From contig JBJBEO010000001.1 in assembly GCA_047284725.1 (NCBI GenBank), positions 984,203-1,048,202 on the forward strand: a DNA stretch of 64,000 bases, read 5' to 3'. Shown here one piece after another: positions 29,905 to 40,096 of this stretch. The number at the start of each line of letters is the position of its first letter. Within the stretch, counting starts at the first letter, position 1. Origin of the DNA: Synechococcus sp. (GTDB taxonomy: Bacteria; Cyanobacteriota; Cyanobacteriia; PCC-6307; Cyanobiaceae). A model generated the notes under the pieces. That model saw only the letters and a program-made list of their open reading frames with translations. It was not told where the DNA came from and made no database searches. Both the position numbers and the translations under genes were made by a program.

Positions 29905-30466
29905 CCAACCAACCTTCTGCAACGGCGATGGCCGTTGCCAGTTCCGCGGTGATCATCAGCACGGCAAGACCGGCCAGCAATCGATAGGTCCAGGCTGGCG
30001 TCAGCCTCCCAATCCGGGAGGTATCCACTCCACTGTGATAGTGGACCAATGCGAGAAAGTCCTGGAAACGCTCGAGCCGCTGGGGAAGCAGCCGGTGGCG
30101 TTGATCATGGGTTTTCAAGTAGTGAACCGTTCCTCCCTGACTGGTCCTCACTGGCACAAGCCCCCGGATTTCATGCCACTGCAGGATCCATCCACGTTGA
30201 AGGATCCAATTACACCAGGCTGGATAGCCCACCTGGATCCCGGTTTCGTTGACAAGCACCTGCTCTGACAGCAGGGCCGTAACCAGGACAAGGCCAAGAC
30301 CAGCTGCAACGACCAACCAGACCTGCAGGGATGTGGGAGCCAGGGCTGGAAGCGGCAGCACCAGAGCCAGGTAGACCGCCAACAAGGTGAAGCGAATCAG
30401 AGGAGACAGCAGGAAGCGTTCGCCTGGCATCTGTTCTGAAGCGGGCCTGTGTGCATCAGCGGTCAT
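29879..30466 (-). CDS. Hypothetical membrane protein
   Basis: Two N-terminal and one C-terminal TM segment around a beta-rich core. Confidence 0.7.
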   Translation of the reverse strand: MTADAHRPASEQMPGERFLLSPLIRFTLLAVYLALVLPLPALAPTSLQVWLVVAAGLGLVLVTALLSEQVLVNETGIQVGYPAWCNWILQRGWILQWHEIRGLVPVRTSQGGTVHYLKTHDQRHRLLPQRLERFQDFLALVHYHSGVDTSRIGRLTPAWTYRLLAGLAVLMITAELATAIAVAEGWLVSPAGGPS

Positions 30467-30740
30467 CCGAGGAGCCTGGCAAGGGTTCGATCACGTCGCT
30501 GGGTTTGTACTGCCCACCAAAGACTTCCTTTTCGCGCCCTTTCCAGAACGCGCCAAGGCGCATCAGATCAGAATGGGCATCCTGAATCGAATGGAGGTAC
30601 TCCTCGGCAGTCATCGAGTCACGTTGTTCTTTGAGCTTTGCCAGCCGTAACAGCTGCAGCATCCATGGCTTGCTCAAATCGCCGCGGCTCTCGAGATAGC
30701 GCGCTAGATCGTCCGATCTGGGTTGTTTTGATCGCGTCAT
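30456..30740 (-). CDS. Conserved hypothetical protein
   Basis: Clean ORF overlapping the next gene; FWKGRE motif. Confidence 0.7.
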   Translation of the reverse strand: MTRSKQPRSDDLARYLESRGDLSKPWMLQLLRLAKLKEQRDSMTAEEYLHSIQDAHSDLMRLGAFWKGREKEVFGGQYKPSDVIEPLPGSSDDR

Positions 30741-30801
30741 AGCAACCCATACTTCCTGATAATTCTAAAAAGCCCGGACCTGCTTTCGCGCGGCCGTTTG
30801 T

Positions 30802-32361
30802 TCAGGCCGGTAGAGCCCAGGGATTGAGTCCAAGATCGGCGCCAATGCGGTGGCTGCAGGCATAACCACTGAAAGCCACGGCATTCAATCCCTGGCCCGG
30901 GAAGCATGAGTCGCCCACGCAGTACAGGTTCTCCAGGCCTGTGCGGTTGAACGGCATTGGAAGCAGTCCAGGAAGACGGCCCGCAGGGATCGGCCCATAG
31001 CTGCCCCCCATCCGGCCGAGGAAACGCCTGTGGGTACGAGGTGTTCCCACTTCCTTGACCTCGATGGCGGCTCCGAGTCCGGGAAGCAGTGCCTCAAGCC
31101 GCTGGATCAGTCGGTTGGCATCCGCTTGTTTCTTGAGGGCATACTGCTTCGGCCCTAACCCTCGCCAGTGCTTCATATCGCTCATGGTGAAGGTATGCAC
31201 GATGTGTCGGCCTTCCGGGGCCAAGGAGGGGTCGAGAAGGGTTGGGATCGACACAAAGATCACTCCTTGTTCGGCTTCCATCGCCTGCCAGTCCTCCAAA
31301 AGCAGGTGATGACAGTGAAGGCCGCTGGGAATGACCTCAGCCTTCACGCCTAGATGCAGGGAGAGAAAAGAACTGGAGGGTTGATAGCGGCGCCGCCAGG
31401 TGGCTTCAGCCGAAGGGGTGTTCTCAGCGTTAACCAGCGTTGAAGGGGGGGATCCTTCTCCAGCAAAGGTGTCCCAGCGGGTTGCATTGCTGACGATGCG
31501 ACGAGCTTTCAGGGTTTGTCCATCAGCCAGCTGAACCCCGACGGCTTTGCCGTTTTCCACCAGCACGTTGGTGACTCGGGCTCGATAACGGATCTCACCA
31601 CCATGGGCCTGGAGGCCGGCCACCAGTCTGCCGGCGATGACGCCCACGCCTCCTTTGGGGTAGTTGATGCCGCCGGCGTGCCGATCGGAAAACACCATGC
31701 CGGCATTGATCATCGGTGTGCGATCAGCTGGCATCACAGACCAGCAGAAGCATTCCATATCGATCAGTCGAAGCAGCTCCTGATCGCGGATGTGCTTGCG
31801 AGCCACATCGCCCACGTTGAAGGGAAGCCAGCGAGCCAGGCCCAGGCAGGCCAGTGGTGCTCGGACAAACACTTTGGCGAGATAAGCCGGGTCTTCGAGC
31901 GAGAGCAGGGGCATCGCATCGAGACAGCGGAACACCTGCCAGCACGTGTCGTAAAAAGCGCGGATTCCCTTGGCTTCATGGGGGAATCGGGCGCTCATGC
32001 GCTTGATGAACCCTTCGTAATCGCGGTCGACGGCCATGGTCAGTCCACCCGGCAGGTGGTACTCCAGTTGGACCGGATCAGGCACCGTCTCGCAGCGCTG
32101 TCCAAGATCGGCAAGGGCCCTGGTCAGCAGGTTGGTGTGCCCGCTCTCTCCGAAACCGAAGATCATGGAGGCACCCACATCAAAGGTGTATCCCTTTCTT
32201 TGGAAGCTGCCTCCAGATCCTCCTGGAATCAGATAGCGCTCCAAAACCAGCGTTCTTGCCCCTTTCATGGCCAGCTGGGAGGCGGTGACCAAACCGCCGA
32301 TCCCGGAGCCGATCACAATCACGTCCCAGGCGGTTTCGGTCACAACTGGTGTCAATCTCAA
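30802..32361 (-). CDS. crtH: Carotenoid isomerase
   Basis: GSGIGG FAD motif, FDVGASMIFGFG, GDSCFPGQGLNAVAFSG. Confidence 0.94.
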   Translation of the reverse strand: MRLTPVVTETAWDVIVIGSGIGGLVTASQLAMKGARTLVLERYLIPGGSGGSFQRKGYTFDVGASMIFGFGESGHTNLLTRALADLGQRCETVPDPVQLEYHLPGGLTMAVDRDYEGFIKRMSARFPHEAKGIRAFYDTCWQVFRCLDAMPLLSLEDPAYLAKVFVRAPLACLGLARWLPFNVGDVARKHIRDQELLRLIDMECFCWSVMPADRTPMINAGMVFSDRHAGGINYPKGGVGVIAGRLVAGLQAHGGEIRYRARVTNVLVENGKAVGVQLADGQTLKARRIVSNATRWDTFAGEGSPPSTLVNAENTPSAEATWRRRYQPSSSFLSLHLGVKAEVIPSGLHCHHLLLEDWQAMEAEQGVIFVSIPTLLDPSLAPEGRHIVHTFTMSDMKHWRGLGPKQYALKKQADANRLIQRLEALLPGLGAAIEVKEVGTPRTHRRFLGRMGGSYGPIPAGRLPGLLPMPFNRTGLENLYCVGDSCFPGQGLNAVAFSGYACSHRIGADLGLNPWALPA

Positions 32362-32476
32362 CGCTGAACCCTAGGTGCTGGCAACCATGACCAGCGCGTA
32401 GAACAGCACCCGATCGTTCAGAGGGATGCTGATTCCCCATGGCCCGCGTTTCTCTCACGCGATGGAGCATCGGACG

Positions 32477-33451
32477 TCAGGACAGCCGTGCTTCACTGGA
32501 CGAAAAAGGGGGGGTGGCGGTAAGGATCACCTCGGAGCGTACGGGGCTTGTCATCAGCTCACGGCATCGTTCCTCGATGCGCAGGCGGATCACATCAATG
32601 GCTGCTCCATCCATCGGCTGACTTGGGTTCAGATACACCACCACGAACGCGGTTCGGCCCACCTGCATCACAGTGAGATCCAGCAGCCAGCAGGACAGTC
32701 CCGTCAAGAGATCTTCAAGGGCAGCTCGGGTGGATCGAATCGTGTCGCTTTCAGCCGATGCTCCGGAAGTTTGTCCAAGGGCTGTCAAAAAAGCCTGGAG
32801 TGGTTCACGCAAAACGGCCGCACTCACCACCAGCACCAAGAGTGAATCGGTGATTGGCGTCAGCACCTGAAGGGCTGTTCCACGCAGGAGGGGGGCCCCG
32901 AGCAGGGCAAGGCCCGTCAGGCCGCTGATCAGACCATCCACCTTTGCCGCCCTGGCTTCTGTGAGCAGAAGTTGTGACTGCGCCCCCGTTCGTCGCCAGT
33001 CGCGGTAATGACACCAGGCCAGCCCCCAGCAAATCACCACCATCGCGATCGAATACAAGGCGACGGGACCGAGGTTCACCTCTGCGATTGGTTGCCCTTT
33101 GGCGTAATCAATCACCGTCCCCAGACCGGCGGCGGCAGCAAAGGTGAGCACTCCGATCAGGACCAGGGAGCGGAACAGCACATAAAGCGCTTCCTGGCCG
33201 TCGTAGCCGTAGGGATAGGCGCGATCAGGTGGCCTTACCACGTTGCGGCTAATCCTTGCGGCGACCAAGCCCGATCCAACCATCACGGCGGAGTAGAGCC
33301 CATCGAGGAGCAGGGCATAAGACCCTGACAGCACGTGAACCGAGAGACCGGCCATCGCCATCACGGCACTGGCTCCAACACCGATGCGCAGCGATCGCTG
33401 TTCAATCAGTCGATGGCGCCGCGCCTGAGAGGGCTCCTGCTCCGTTGCCAT
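32477..33451 (-). CDS. Cation diffusion facilitator family transporter
   Basis: Six TM segments; SGSYALLLDGLYS, PDRAYPYGY. Confidence 0.85.
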   Translation of the reverse strand: MATEQEPSQARRHRLIEQRSLRIGVGASAVMAMAGLSVHVLSGSYALLLDGLYSAVMVGSGLVAARISRNVVRPPDRAYPYGYDGQEALYVLFRSLVLIGVLTFAAAAGLGTVIDYAKGQPIAEVNLGPVALYSIAMVVICWGLAWCHYRDWRRTGAQSQLLLTEARAAKVDGLISGLTGLALLGAPLLRGTALQVLTPITDSLLVLVVSAAVLREPLQAFLTALGQTSGASAESDTIRSTRAALEDLLTGLSCWLLDLTVMQVGRTAFVVVYLNPSQPMDGAAIDVIRLRIEERCRELMTSPVRSEVILTATPPFSSSEARLS

Positions 33452-33488
33452 GTGCTGACGCCGTCTATGTCTCTGGTAGCAAGACGCC

Positions 33489-34883
33489 TCAGGCGGCGGC
33501 TTCGGTGGCTACTGGGTTGATCACGGTCACGCCCTGCTGCAGTGCATGTCTGCAGAGGTCGGACAAGGCGCGGTCGCGATAGGCCCCATAGCGGCGACGT
33601 TTGTCGCGGATGCGCTCGGGCAGGGCTGGCAGGAGGCCGAAGTTTGGGGGCATGGGTTGAAACTTGCTCGAAGGTGCTTCACTGATGAAGTGGGTCAGGG
33701 CCCCCACCATGCAGGTGGGAGGAAGCTCGATGGGCTCCAGCCCCTTCGCGAGACGTGCCGCATTGGTTCCGGCCAGCCAGCCTCCAGCCACGGCGGCGGC
33801 ATACCCTTCCGTGCCAGTGATCTGTCCTGCAGCCAGCAACCGCTCGCGGCTGCGGAACTGAAGTGTGGGTTGCAGCAGCTCTGGTGCCTCGAGGAACGTA
33901 TTGCGGTGCATCACACCGAAGCGCACGAAGTCAGCCTGTTCAAGTCCAGGAATCATGCGAAGCACACGCTTCTGTTCTCCCCATTTCAGGTTGGTCTGGA
34001 ACCCCACCAGATTCCAGAGCCGTCCGTCCTTGTCTTCCTGGCGGAGTTGCACCACGGCGTAAGCCCGTTTGGCCCGACGCACCTCTCTGTCGTTGACGTC
34101 GCCCCAGCGGGGATCCCAGAGTCCGATCGGCTTCAGCGGGCCGTAGCGCATGGTGTCCTCGCCGCGTCGGGCGAGCTCCTCGATGGGCAGACAACCCTCA
34201 AAGAATGTGGCGGTGTCTTTCTCGAACTCCTTGAGTTCGGCTTGTTCAGCACCAAGCAGAGCTTCGCGGAACTGGATGTACTCCGCCTGGTCCATCGGGC
34301 AATTGATGTAGTCAGCATCGCCCTTGTCGTAGCGGCTGGCCCGAAAAGCCTTGCCCATGTCGATGCTTTCACCCTCCACGATCGGGCTGGCAGCGTCGAA
34401 AAAGTGGCAGTCGTCGCGGCCGGTGAAGTGGCGGAGATCGTTGGCGAGGGAATCGCTGGTTAGAGGGCCCGTGGCGAGCACGGTGATTTGATCGGAATTG
34501 GGGAGCTGAAGCTGTTCACGACGTTCGATCGTGACGAGAGGGTGTTGCCCCAGGGCCTCCGTGAGGGCTGCGCTGTAGCGACCTCGATCGACGGCAAGTG
34601 CTCCCCCTGCGGGAACGGCATGGTGATCTGCCGTGCCAATCACCAGGGACCCCAATCGTCTCAGTTCTTCCTGCAGCAACCCCGCTGCGCGATCACTACT
34701 GAGGGATCCAAAACTATTACTGCAAACTAGTTCTGCGAATTCGCTGCTGTGATGCGCCGGAGATCGCTTGACCGGCCGCATCTCGATCAGTGTCACAGGA
34801 ACACCAGCAGCAGCAGCCTGCCAAGCCGCTTCGGTGCCGGCCAGGCCTGCACCGATCACAACAATGTTGTTTTCTGCTGTCAA
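33489..34883 (-). CDS. trmFO: tRNA (uracil-5) methyltransferase, folate/FAD-dependent
   Basis: [34 protein letters not shown]. Confidence 0.96.
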   Translation of the reverse strand: MTAENNIVVIGAGLAGTEAAWQAAAAGVPVTLIEMRPVKRSPAHHSSEFAELVCSNSFGSLSSDRAAGLLQEELRRLGSLVIGTADHHAVPAGGALAVDRGRYSAALTEALGQHPLVTIERREQLQLPNSDQITVLATGPLTSDSLANDLRHFTGRDDCHFFDAASPIVEGESIDMGKAFRASRYDKGDADYINCPMDQAEYIQFREALLGAEQAELKEFEKDTATFFEGCLPIEELARRGEDTMRYGPLKPIGLWDPRWGDVNDREVRRAKRAYAVVQLRQEDKDGRLWNLVGFQTNLKWGEQKRVLRMIPGLEQADFVRFGVMHRNTFLEAPELLQPTLQFRSRERLLAAGQITGTEGYAAAVAGGWLAGTNAARLAKGLEPIELPPTCMVGALTHFISEAPSSKFQPMPPNFGLLPALPERIRDKRRRYGAYRDRALSDLCRHALQQGVTVINPVATEAAA

Positions 34884-34928
34884 AGGGGTTGAGACATGCG
34901 CTGACTCTGAACCTTACGGAGCAGAGCT

Positions 34929-35051
34929 TCAGGCTCGACTGCGCTTGATCATCAGCTGGAGCTGGCCGACCGCGGCTCGACCGATGTTGAAGCCAGCCCA
35001 GCCCAGTGCCAGAAGAATCGGAGAAGCCACGAGGACGAGCCGGAGGTCCAT
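34929..35051 (-). CDS. psbY: Photosystem II protein Y
   Basis: MDLRLVLVASPILLALGWAGFNIGRAAVGQLQ (40 aa), nested in a longer spurious ORF. Confidence 0.93.
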   Translation of the reverse strand: MDLRLVLVASPILLALGWAGFNIGRAAVGQLQLMIKRSRA

Positions 35052-35112
35052 GGGTCGATCAGAAAAGCCCAATGATCTTAAAGACCATGGCTTGCTCCCG
35101 GTAAGGCTTCGT

Positions 35113-35646
35113 TCAGCTCGTTTGGTTTTGCAGCATTTCGGCATGACGTGCATGCTGCATGGCCAACGTCCTGTAGTGGAGTGCGTGCTCGATCTGCTGC
35201 TGCATCGCCTCCTCGCTGAGTTCTTTCTTTGCCTGAGCAGGAATGCCTGCGACCAGGGTTCGTTCCGGAACGTCTTTGGTGACAACAGCACCAGCCGCAA
35301 CGATGGCTCCTTCGCCCACGGTGACGCCATTGAGCACCACGGCTCCGATCCCAATCAGACAGCTGTCCAGAAGCGTTGCGCCATGGACAACAGCACGATG
35401 TCCAACCGTGACGTGCTTTCCGATGGTGACGGGCTGGCCGGGGTCCCCATGCAGTACAGCCCCGTCTTGCACGTTGCTGCATTCGTCAATGCTGATGCAG
35501 GCCAGATCGGCCCGGGCGACAGCAGTCGGCCAGAGGCTGCTGCCTGGTGCCAAGCGAACATCCCCAATCACCACGGCGCTGGGTGCGACCCAAGCCGTCG
35601 GGTGGATGGTGGGCTCAGGCCAAGGAAAGGATGGCGACGAGGTCAT
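35113..35646 (-). CDS. Gamma-class carbonic anhydrase family protein (left-handed beta helix)
   Basis: VIGDV, NVQDGAVLH, VGHRAVVHGA; hexapeptide repeats. Confidence 0.9.
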   Translation of the reverse strand: MTSSPSFPWPEPTIHPTAWVAPSAVVIGDVRLAPGSSLWPTAVARADLACISIDECSNVQDGAVLHGDPGQPVTIGKHVTVGHRAVVHGATLLDSCLIGIGAVVLNGVTVGEGAIVAAGAVVTKDVPERTLVAGIPAQAKKELSEEAMQQQIEHALHYRTLAMQHARHAEMLQNQTS

Positions 35647-35789
35647 GACAGGTGCAGGCAAAACAGGCTCCGGCCGGTTCCATCCCGTCTCTCAGTGAAT
35701 GAGGCTTTGAAGAGGGAACCACCGGGTGATACGTTCTGATGGTGCCTGAAGGGCACTCCCGTTCCTGGGCAAAAGCCGGGGTTCTGGAA

Positions 35790-35861
35790 GGGTCGCTAGC
35801 TCAGCGGTAGAGCATCCGGCTTTTAACCGGCTGGTCCTGAGTTCGAATCTCAGGCGACCCA
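35790..35861 (+). tRNA. tRNA-Lys (anticodon TTT)
   Basis: GGGTCGC/GCGACCC acceptor stem; anticodon loop CTTTTAA; GTTCGAAT T-loop. Confidence 0.97.
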
Positions 35862-35929
35862 TTTTTTCTTTCTTCCACCATCGCCAGGGATTTGCGTCAG
35901 GATGGTGGGTAATCCCGAGAGGTTGGCGA

Positions 35930-36331
35930 GTGGACGATGGGGGAACCCTGAAGTCGAACGTGCTGGTCGCTGTTGTGGACGACGACCCAAGGCTGAGGGA
36001 CCTCCTTGAGGATGAGCTGGTGGATCTGGGGGTTAATCCCTTGATCTGCAGCAGTGGTGTTGATCTCCTCGAGTTGCTCGATAGCACGACTGTCGACTTG
36101 ATTCTTCTGGATCTGATGATGCCGGAGATGGATGGTTTCTCCTGCTTGCAGGCGCTGCAAGAGCGCAACTATCAGGGGGATGTCGTGGTGGTCAGTGCCC
36201 ACGGGGATGCCAGTTACAGGCAGCAGGTGATCAAGGCCGGTGCCTCAGAATACGTTCGCAAACCGGATCTGTTTGATGCCTTGCCTGATCTGCTCAATCA
36301 ATTTTTAAATCAGTCATCGGTTTCTAGTTGA
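35930..36331 (+). CDS. Single-domain response regulator receiver (CheY-like)
   Basis: VVDDD, LLDLMMPEMDG, VVSA, RKP; all canonical residues present and no output domain. Confidence 0.9.
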   Translation: MDDGGTLKSNVLVAVVDDDPRLRDLLEDELVDLGVNPLICSSGVDLLELLDSTTVDLILLDLMMPEMDGFSCLQALQERNYQGDVVVVSAHGDASYRQQVIKAGASEYVRKPDLFDALPDLLNQFLNQSSVSS

Positions 36332-37489
36332 TGATTGAGGTGTTAGATTCTGGCATGGAAAGTGAATTAAAATGCAGGCGCCATGATTGTCAAATGAAAT
36401 ACTTTCTTGGTCCATCAAAATTTCAACCGTTCCACCCATGCCGACGATGAGCTCTTGAACAACCGTCAGGCCTAGGCCACAGCCTTCTTCTCTTGTGCTG
36501 GAGCGATGTTGCTCAAGTCGTTGAAACCGATCGAAAACGGAGTCGATTTTGTCTTGTGGTGTCTCAGTAATGCCTAGACCTTTGTCCTTGAATAATAAAT
36601 CAATGCCGCCACGAGAATTTCTGATGTCGATCGTAATCGAGACGGTTTGATCGCTGAACCGAAGGCTGTTGGACAACAGTTGATCAAGCACAATCTCTAG
36701 TGCATGACTGTCCAATCTGACACTCTTCAGCTCTGGATCGGCTTTCATGCTGATCAGTTCCTGTTGGTGCTGCGGAAGATGATCGATCCACTGACGCATG
36801 GAATCCTTGATCGATTGCTCCTGAATAGACCAAGGGAAAAGGGCCGTGTCCAAGTCTGAAAGCAACATCAGATTGTCCACGAGGGTTCTCAGGCGAAGGC
36901 TTTCGGATTGTGCTGTCTGAAGTGCATTGATGGCCAGGCTGGGGGCGGTCACCAATCGGCCCAGCCGGCGAAGACTTCCGGAGAGAATGGCCAGGGGTGT
37001 GCGGAGTTCATGGGCCAGCTGTTGTACAAACAACCGTTGCTTCTCAAAAGCCTGTTCGATGGGGTCAAGATTTCTGAAAGCAATGAGATGAAAGGGTTCT
37101 CGAGTGTTTGTGATTGCTTTCCAGCTCACGTTGTTCAGTGGTGCGTGGCGCTCAGGATTGTCGCTGACTCGTTTGACCCGTAGGCGCATATCGCCAGCGT
37201 TTTGCGTCAGGAGAAGAGATCTGGCATCCAGTGGTCTGGCTTCTCCATAGGGGGCTAACAAGATGATTCGATCTGCAAAGGATTGAGAGATCAGCGTTGC
37301 TGTCATTCCACGGCTGAAACGGTCGGCGGCTGTTTGATTGGCCCAGCGAATGGTGTAGTCACGATCGAGAATGACCATGGCATCACTAGCGCTGTCGAAT
37401 GCCACTTGAAGGAGTCCCAGTGACTGTCGCATCTGCGCCAGGAGTTCCTGCTCAGGCTCCTGCCTGTGTGGCCTGCTTTCAGCAGGCAT
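36314..37489 (-). CDS. Cytoplasmic PAS-domain sensor histidine kinase
   Basis: PAS-like N-terminus; AHELRTPL H-box, LLSNSLRF N-box, DKGLGI, VFDRF, GCGLGL. Confidence 0.9.
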   Translation of the reverse strand: MPAESRPHRQEPEQELLAQMRQSLGLLQVAFDSASDAMVILDRDYTIRWANQTAADRFSRGMTATLISQSFADRIILLAPYGEARPLDARSLLLTQNAGDMRLRVKRVSDNPERHAPLNNVSWKAITNTREPFHLIAFRNLDPIEQAFEKQRLFVQQLAHELRTPLAILSGSLRRLGRLVTAPSLAINALQTAQSESLRLRTLVDNLMLLSDLDTALFPWSIQEQSIKDSMRQWIDHLPQHQQELISMKADPELKSVRLDSHALEIVLDQLLSNSLRFSDQTVSITIDIRNSRGGIDLLFKDKGLGITETPQDKIDSVFDRFQRLEQHRSSTREEGCGLGLTVVQELIVGMGGTVEILMDQESISFDNHGACILIHFPCQNLTPQSSTRNR

Positions 37490-37862
37490 GGGGGCCTTCG
37501 AGGGGTCGAAGTGTCGCAGCGAAGCTCCAGCTTCCCGAGGTTTCGCGTTCGGCCACGATGAAGTGTTCGCTACGGATGGATGTGCCGTCACTGCAGAGAG
37601 TGACAAGCTCAAGGGGGTGATTGACGAGCTTGGAGGTCTCCGTGAGTTTGAAACGTGAGAAGCCGCTGTGGTGCTGCTCGCGGAATGAGGAAGGCAGGAT
37701 CACACCAATTGATTGGCCGACAATTGTGGTGTCCCAGCCATAGACCGTCTGGAACCTGTCGTTGAATTCAACGACATGGCCTTCTGCATCCGCTCGAACA
37801 AAGGGCAGATCATGGAGTTTCCTTAGGGCTGCAACGGCTCCGGGAGTCCAATCATCGGCCAT
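37479..37862 (-). CDS. Stand-alone PAS domain protein (FixL-like)
   Basis: FN..F...YGW....VGQSIGVILP..FREQH..GF.RF PAS pattern. Confidence 0.85.
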   Translation of the reverse strand: MADDWTPGAVAALRKLHDLPFVRADAEGHVVEFNDRFQTVYGWDTTIVGQSIGVILPSSFREQHHSGFSRFKLTETSKLVNHPLELVTLCSDGTSIRSEHFIVAERETSGSWSFAATLRPLEGPHAC

Positions 37863-37938
37863 GAACGGGAGGCAATGGTTGTCAGATTAGAGCGCTTCGC
37901 CTGCTCCGTCTGCCAACGGCCCGCTACAATCACAACTC

Positions 37939-38012
37939 CGGGGTATAGCGCAGTTTGGTAGCGCGCCTGCTTTGGGAGCAGGATGCCGGGGGTTCAAATC
38001 CCTCTACCCCGA
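37939..38012 (+). tRNA. tRNA-Pro (anticodon TGG)
   Basis: CGGGGTA/TACCCCG acceptor stem; anticodon loop TTTGGGA; GGTTCAAAT T-loop. Confidence 0.97.
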
Positions 38013-38500
38013 CTCCAGTTCAAAGTCAGTCAATGACTGAGGTCGACGCCTGGTTTGCAGGTGACTCTCTTTTTGCCTCCAACCAGCGATCCCCCTGGAT
38101 GCTGCGCCGACGGCGTCGACTGGTGGCGCCTTTGTGGCTTGTGGAGTGCATGTGCCTCCGTTTTGGCTAATGGGCAGAACCGCTTGGTTCGAAGGTTGTA
38201 TCCAGCGATTGTCTGAGCGATGCCAGCAAGCAGGCGCTGTGCACGTGTATGGGGATTGTCGTGAGTACCTGGCCGCTTGCCTTTGGATCACTCGTTGGGC
38301 CTGAGATGTTCTCTGGCTTGCCGTGAAGGCTTCTGCATGGCTCGATGGCGTGGTTTTTATCCATTCCATGGCATCAGAAGGAGGGCTTATGCATCAACCA
38401 GTCAAAGTCCATCGAACTTGCAAGGGGACCAGCAAGTAGGGTGATAGAAATGCTGAATCCTTCGTGAAGGTCGATTGCCAAGGTGCCTTCAGGGGGCTGA

Positions 38501-38743
38501 GTGATGAGTGATGCCCAGTTGATCATTCAACGGCTGACAGAGATTCTCGAGGTTGATTACAGTTGGCATGAAGAGTGTCGAGAAACCTGGGAAGGCAAGG
38601 GAGACACCAGCTGGATTGTGGCTGCTTTGCGTCAGGCTGATGAAGCTGCGGTGATTCGGTCTGCTGCTCACTCTGAATCTGTTGGAGAGGCTTTGGATTT
38701 TGTCGCCATGATTTTCGGTTGGGGGCTCACGGATGGGGATTGA
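38501..38743 (+). CDS. Small acidic hypothetical protein
   Basis: 80-aa ORF with protein-like composition. Confidence 0.5.
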   Translation: MMSDAQLIIQRLTEILEVDYSWHEECRETWEGKGDTSWIVAALRQADEAAVIRSAAHSESVGEALDFVAMIFGWGLTDGD

Positions 38744-38910
38744 GGGTTGCTTCTGCTGTGCAGTGGTGGCCTTGCGCTATTCCGATGTCACCAGGCTTGC
38801 GGAAGTTTGAAATGTCTAACGATCGTCTTCAATGCTCTGATTGGCTTCATCAGAAAAGCGCGAACCTGCGGCACCGTCGTGCGGACGACTGTCATGGTTT
38901 TTGTTGGCTG

Positions 38911-39210
38911 ATGGCTGCTGCTTCGGTGATGATCGTGGGCATGCCAGGTTTGGCTGGGCTGAATGCCTACACAGCGTTTGAACGGTTGGGTAATTGGCTG
39001 ATTGAACGAAAAACAACAGTTGATGGTGAGCATTCCTGCAGGGCATCGATCCCTTCAGGTGGTGCATGGTTCAACGAAAATATCCATCTGGATCGACAGG
39101 GCAAGTTGGTCATTCCTTCAGGTGTGAAGGGGGAGGCTTACCGGGATCGGATCCCTCAGGTTCGTGTCGTTTTGCAGCGATGTCGAGAAGAGAGCTATCA
39201 GCTTGAGTGA
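38911..39210 (+). CDS. Hypothetical secreted protein (start uncertain)
   Basis: Hydrophobic N-terminus; WLIERK...CRA...WF...IHLD...C pattern. Confidence 0.5.
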   Translation: MAAASVMIVGMPGLAGLNAYTAFERLGNWLIERKTTVDGEHSCRASIPSGGAWFNENIHLDRQGKLVIPSGVKGEAYRDRIPQVRVVLQRCREESYQLE

Positions 39211-39396
39211 AGCAGTAAGGGATTGGTGGTGAGAATGCACTATTTTCAAGCCATTTGTTTAATGGTGCGTTTGGGGCTTTGTTGACAGTTGACTGCTTGT
39301 TTGTTTGAAACAGGCACTGATTGTTGACCCAAGCAATCGATCGAGTTTGTGCTTTCACTGGATCTGAGACGGTCTGGGTTTTTTGTGCCGCCCTTC

Positions 39397-39752
39397 CTAG
39401 ATGAGACTTGTTGAGCCATTTTTGTCATGAAGATATGCCTTGGAGCGTTTGATTACTGCACCGGCTTTGTCCTCCGATTGGAAGACGATTGTGATTCTGC
39501 TTTGATTGCTCTTCAGGTCAGTAGCTTCTTTTTCTCGTGAGAATTTGATTCTTGTGTAGCTCTCTGGATGTGCCAGGCCTGAGACAATGAGGTCTTCGCA
39601 TGCTTGGGCCGCTTTGGACGCCATTAGCAAGGCGTCTGTTCGTGTGGGGCTGACGCGTTGATGGTGGAGTCATGGTCGCTCCACGCCGTGAGGGTGGTGA
39701 TAAGAGCTAGGAGTGGGCATGCAATCTTGAGGAAAGTGATTTGTTCGGCCAT
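39397..39752 (-). pseudogene. Possible frameshifted lipoprotein-like gene
   Basis: A signal-like ORF (39752-39624, ...LITTLTAWS) overlaps a second-frame ORF (39630-39397, AAQACEDLIVSGL...). Confidence 0.35.
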
Positions 39753-39785
39753 GGTCTTGATCAATCAGTTGTCTTTTCGTGGGGC

Positions 39786-39989
39786 TCAGTCTTCCAGCCA
39801 GTCTTCTGAGTTCATGTATGCATCTTCGAGTCGTGCCAGTGCGCCGAGCGTGGTTAAAGCGCGTTGTGCTGCTTTGCTGGTTTTGTCTTCACAAAGATGT
39901 TTGATGAGTGTGTCTCGGAGCGGTTGGTTCTCCATTTGTTTCTGTTCTTTTGACCATTTCAGCTTCGACGACGTTCTGCTTCTTGGCAT
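39786..39989 (-). CDS. Small hypothetical protein
   Basis: 67-aa ORF with basic N-terminus and acidic C-terminus. Confidence 0.45.
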   Translation of the reverse strand: MPRSRTSSKLKWSKEQKQMENQPLRDTLIKHLCEDKTSKAAQRALTTLGALARLEDAYMNSEDWLED

Positions 39990-40096
39990 CCCCCGTATGG
40001 GGGTATTGCTGTAGTGACTTTCTTGTGGCGGTTGATATCAAGTTCGCTTCTTGTGCCAATCGGGATTCGTGATTGGCGTCTTTGCTCTTTGAACGA

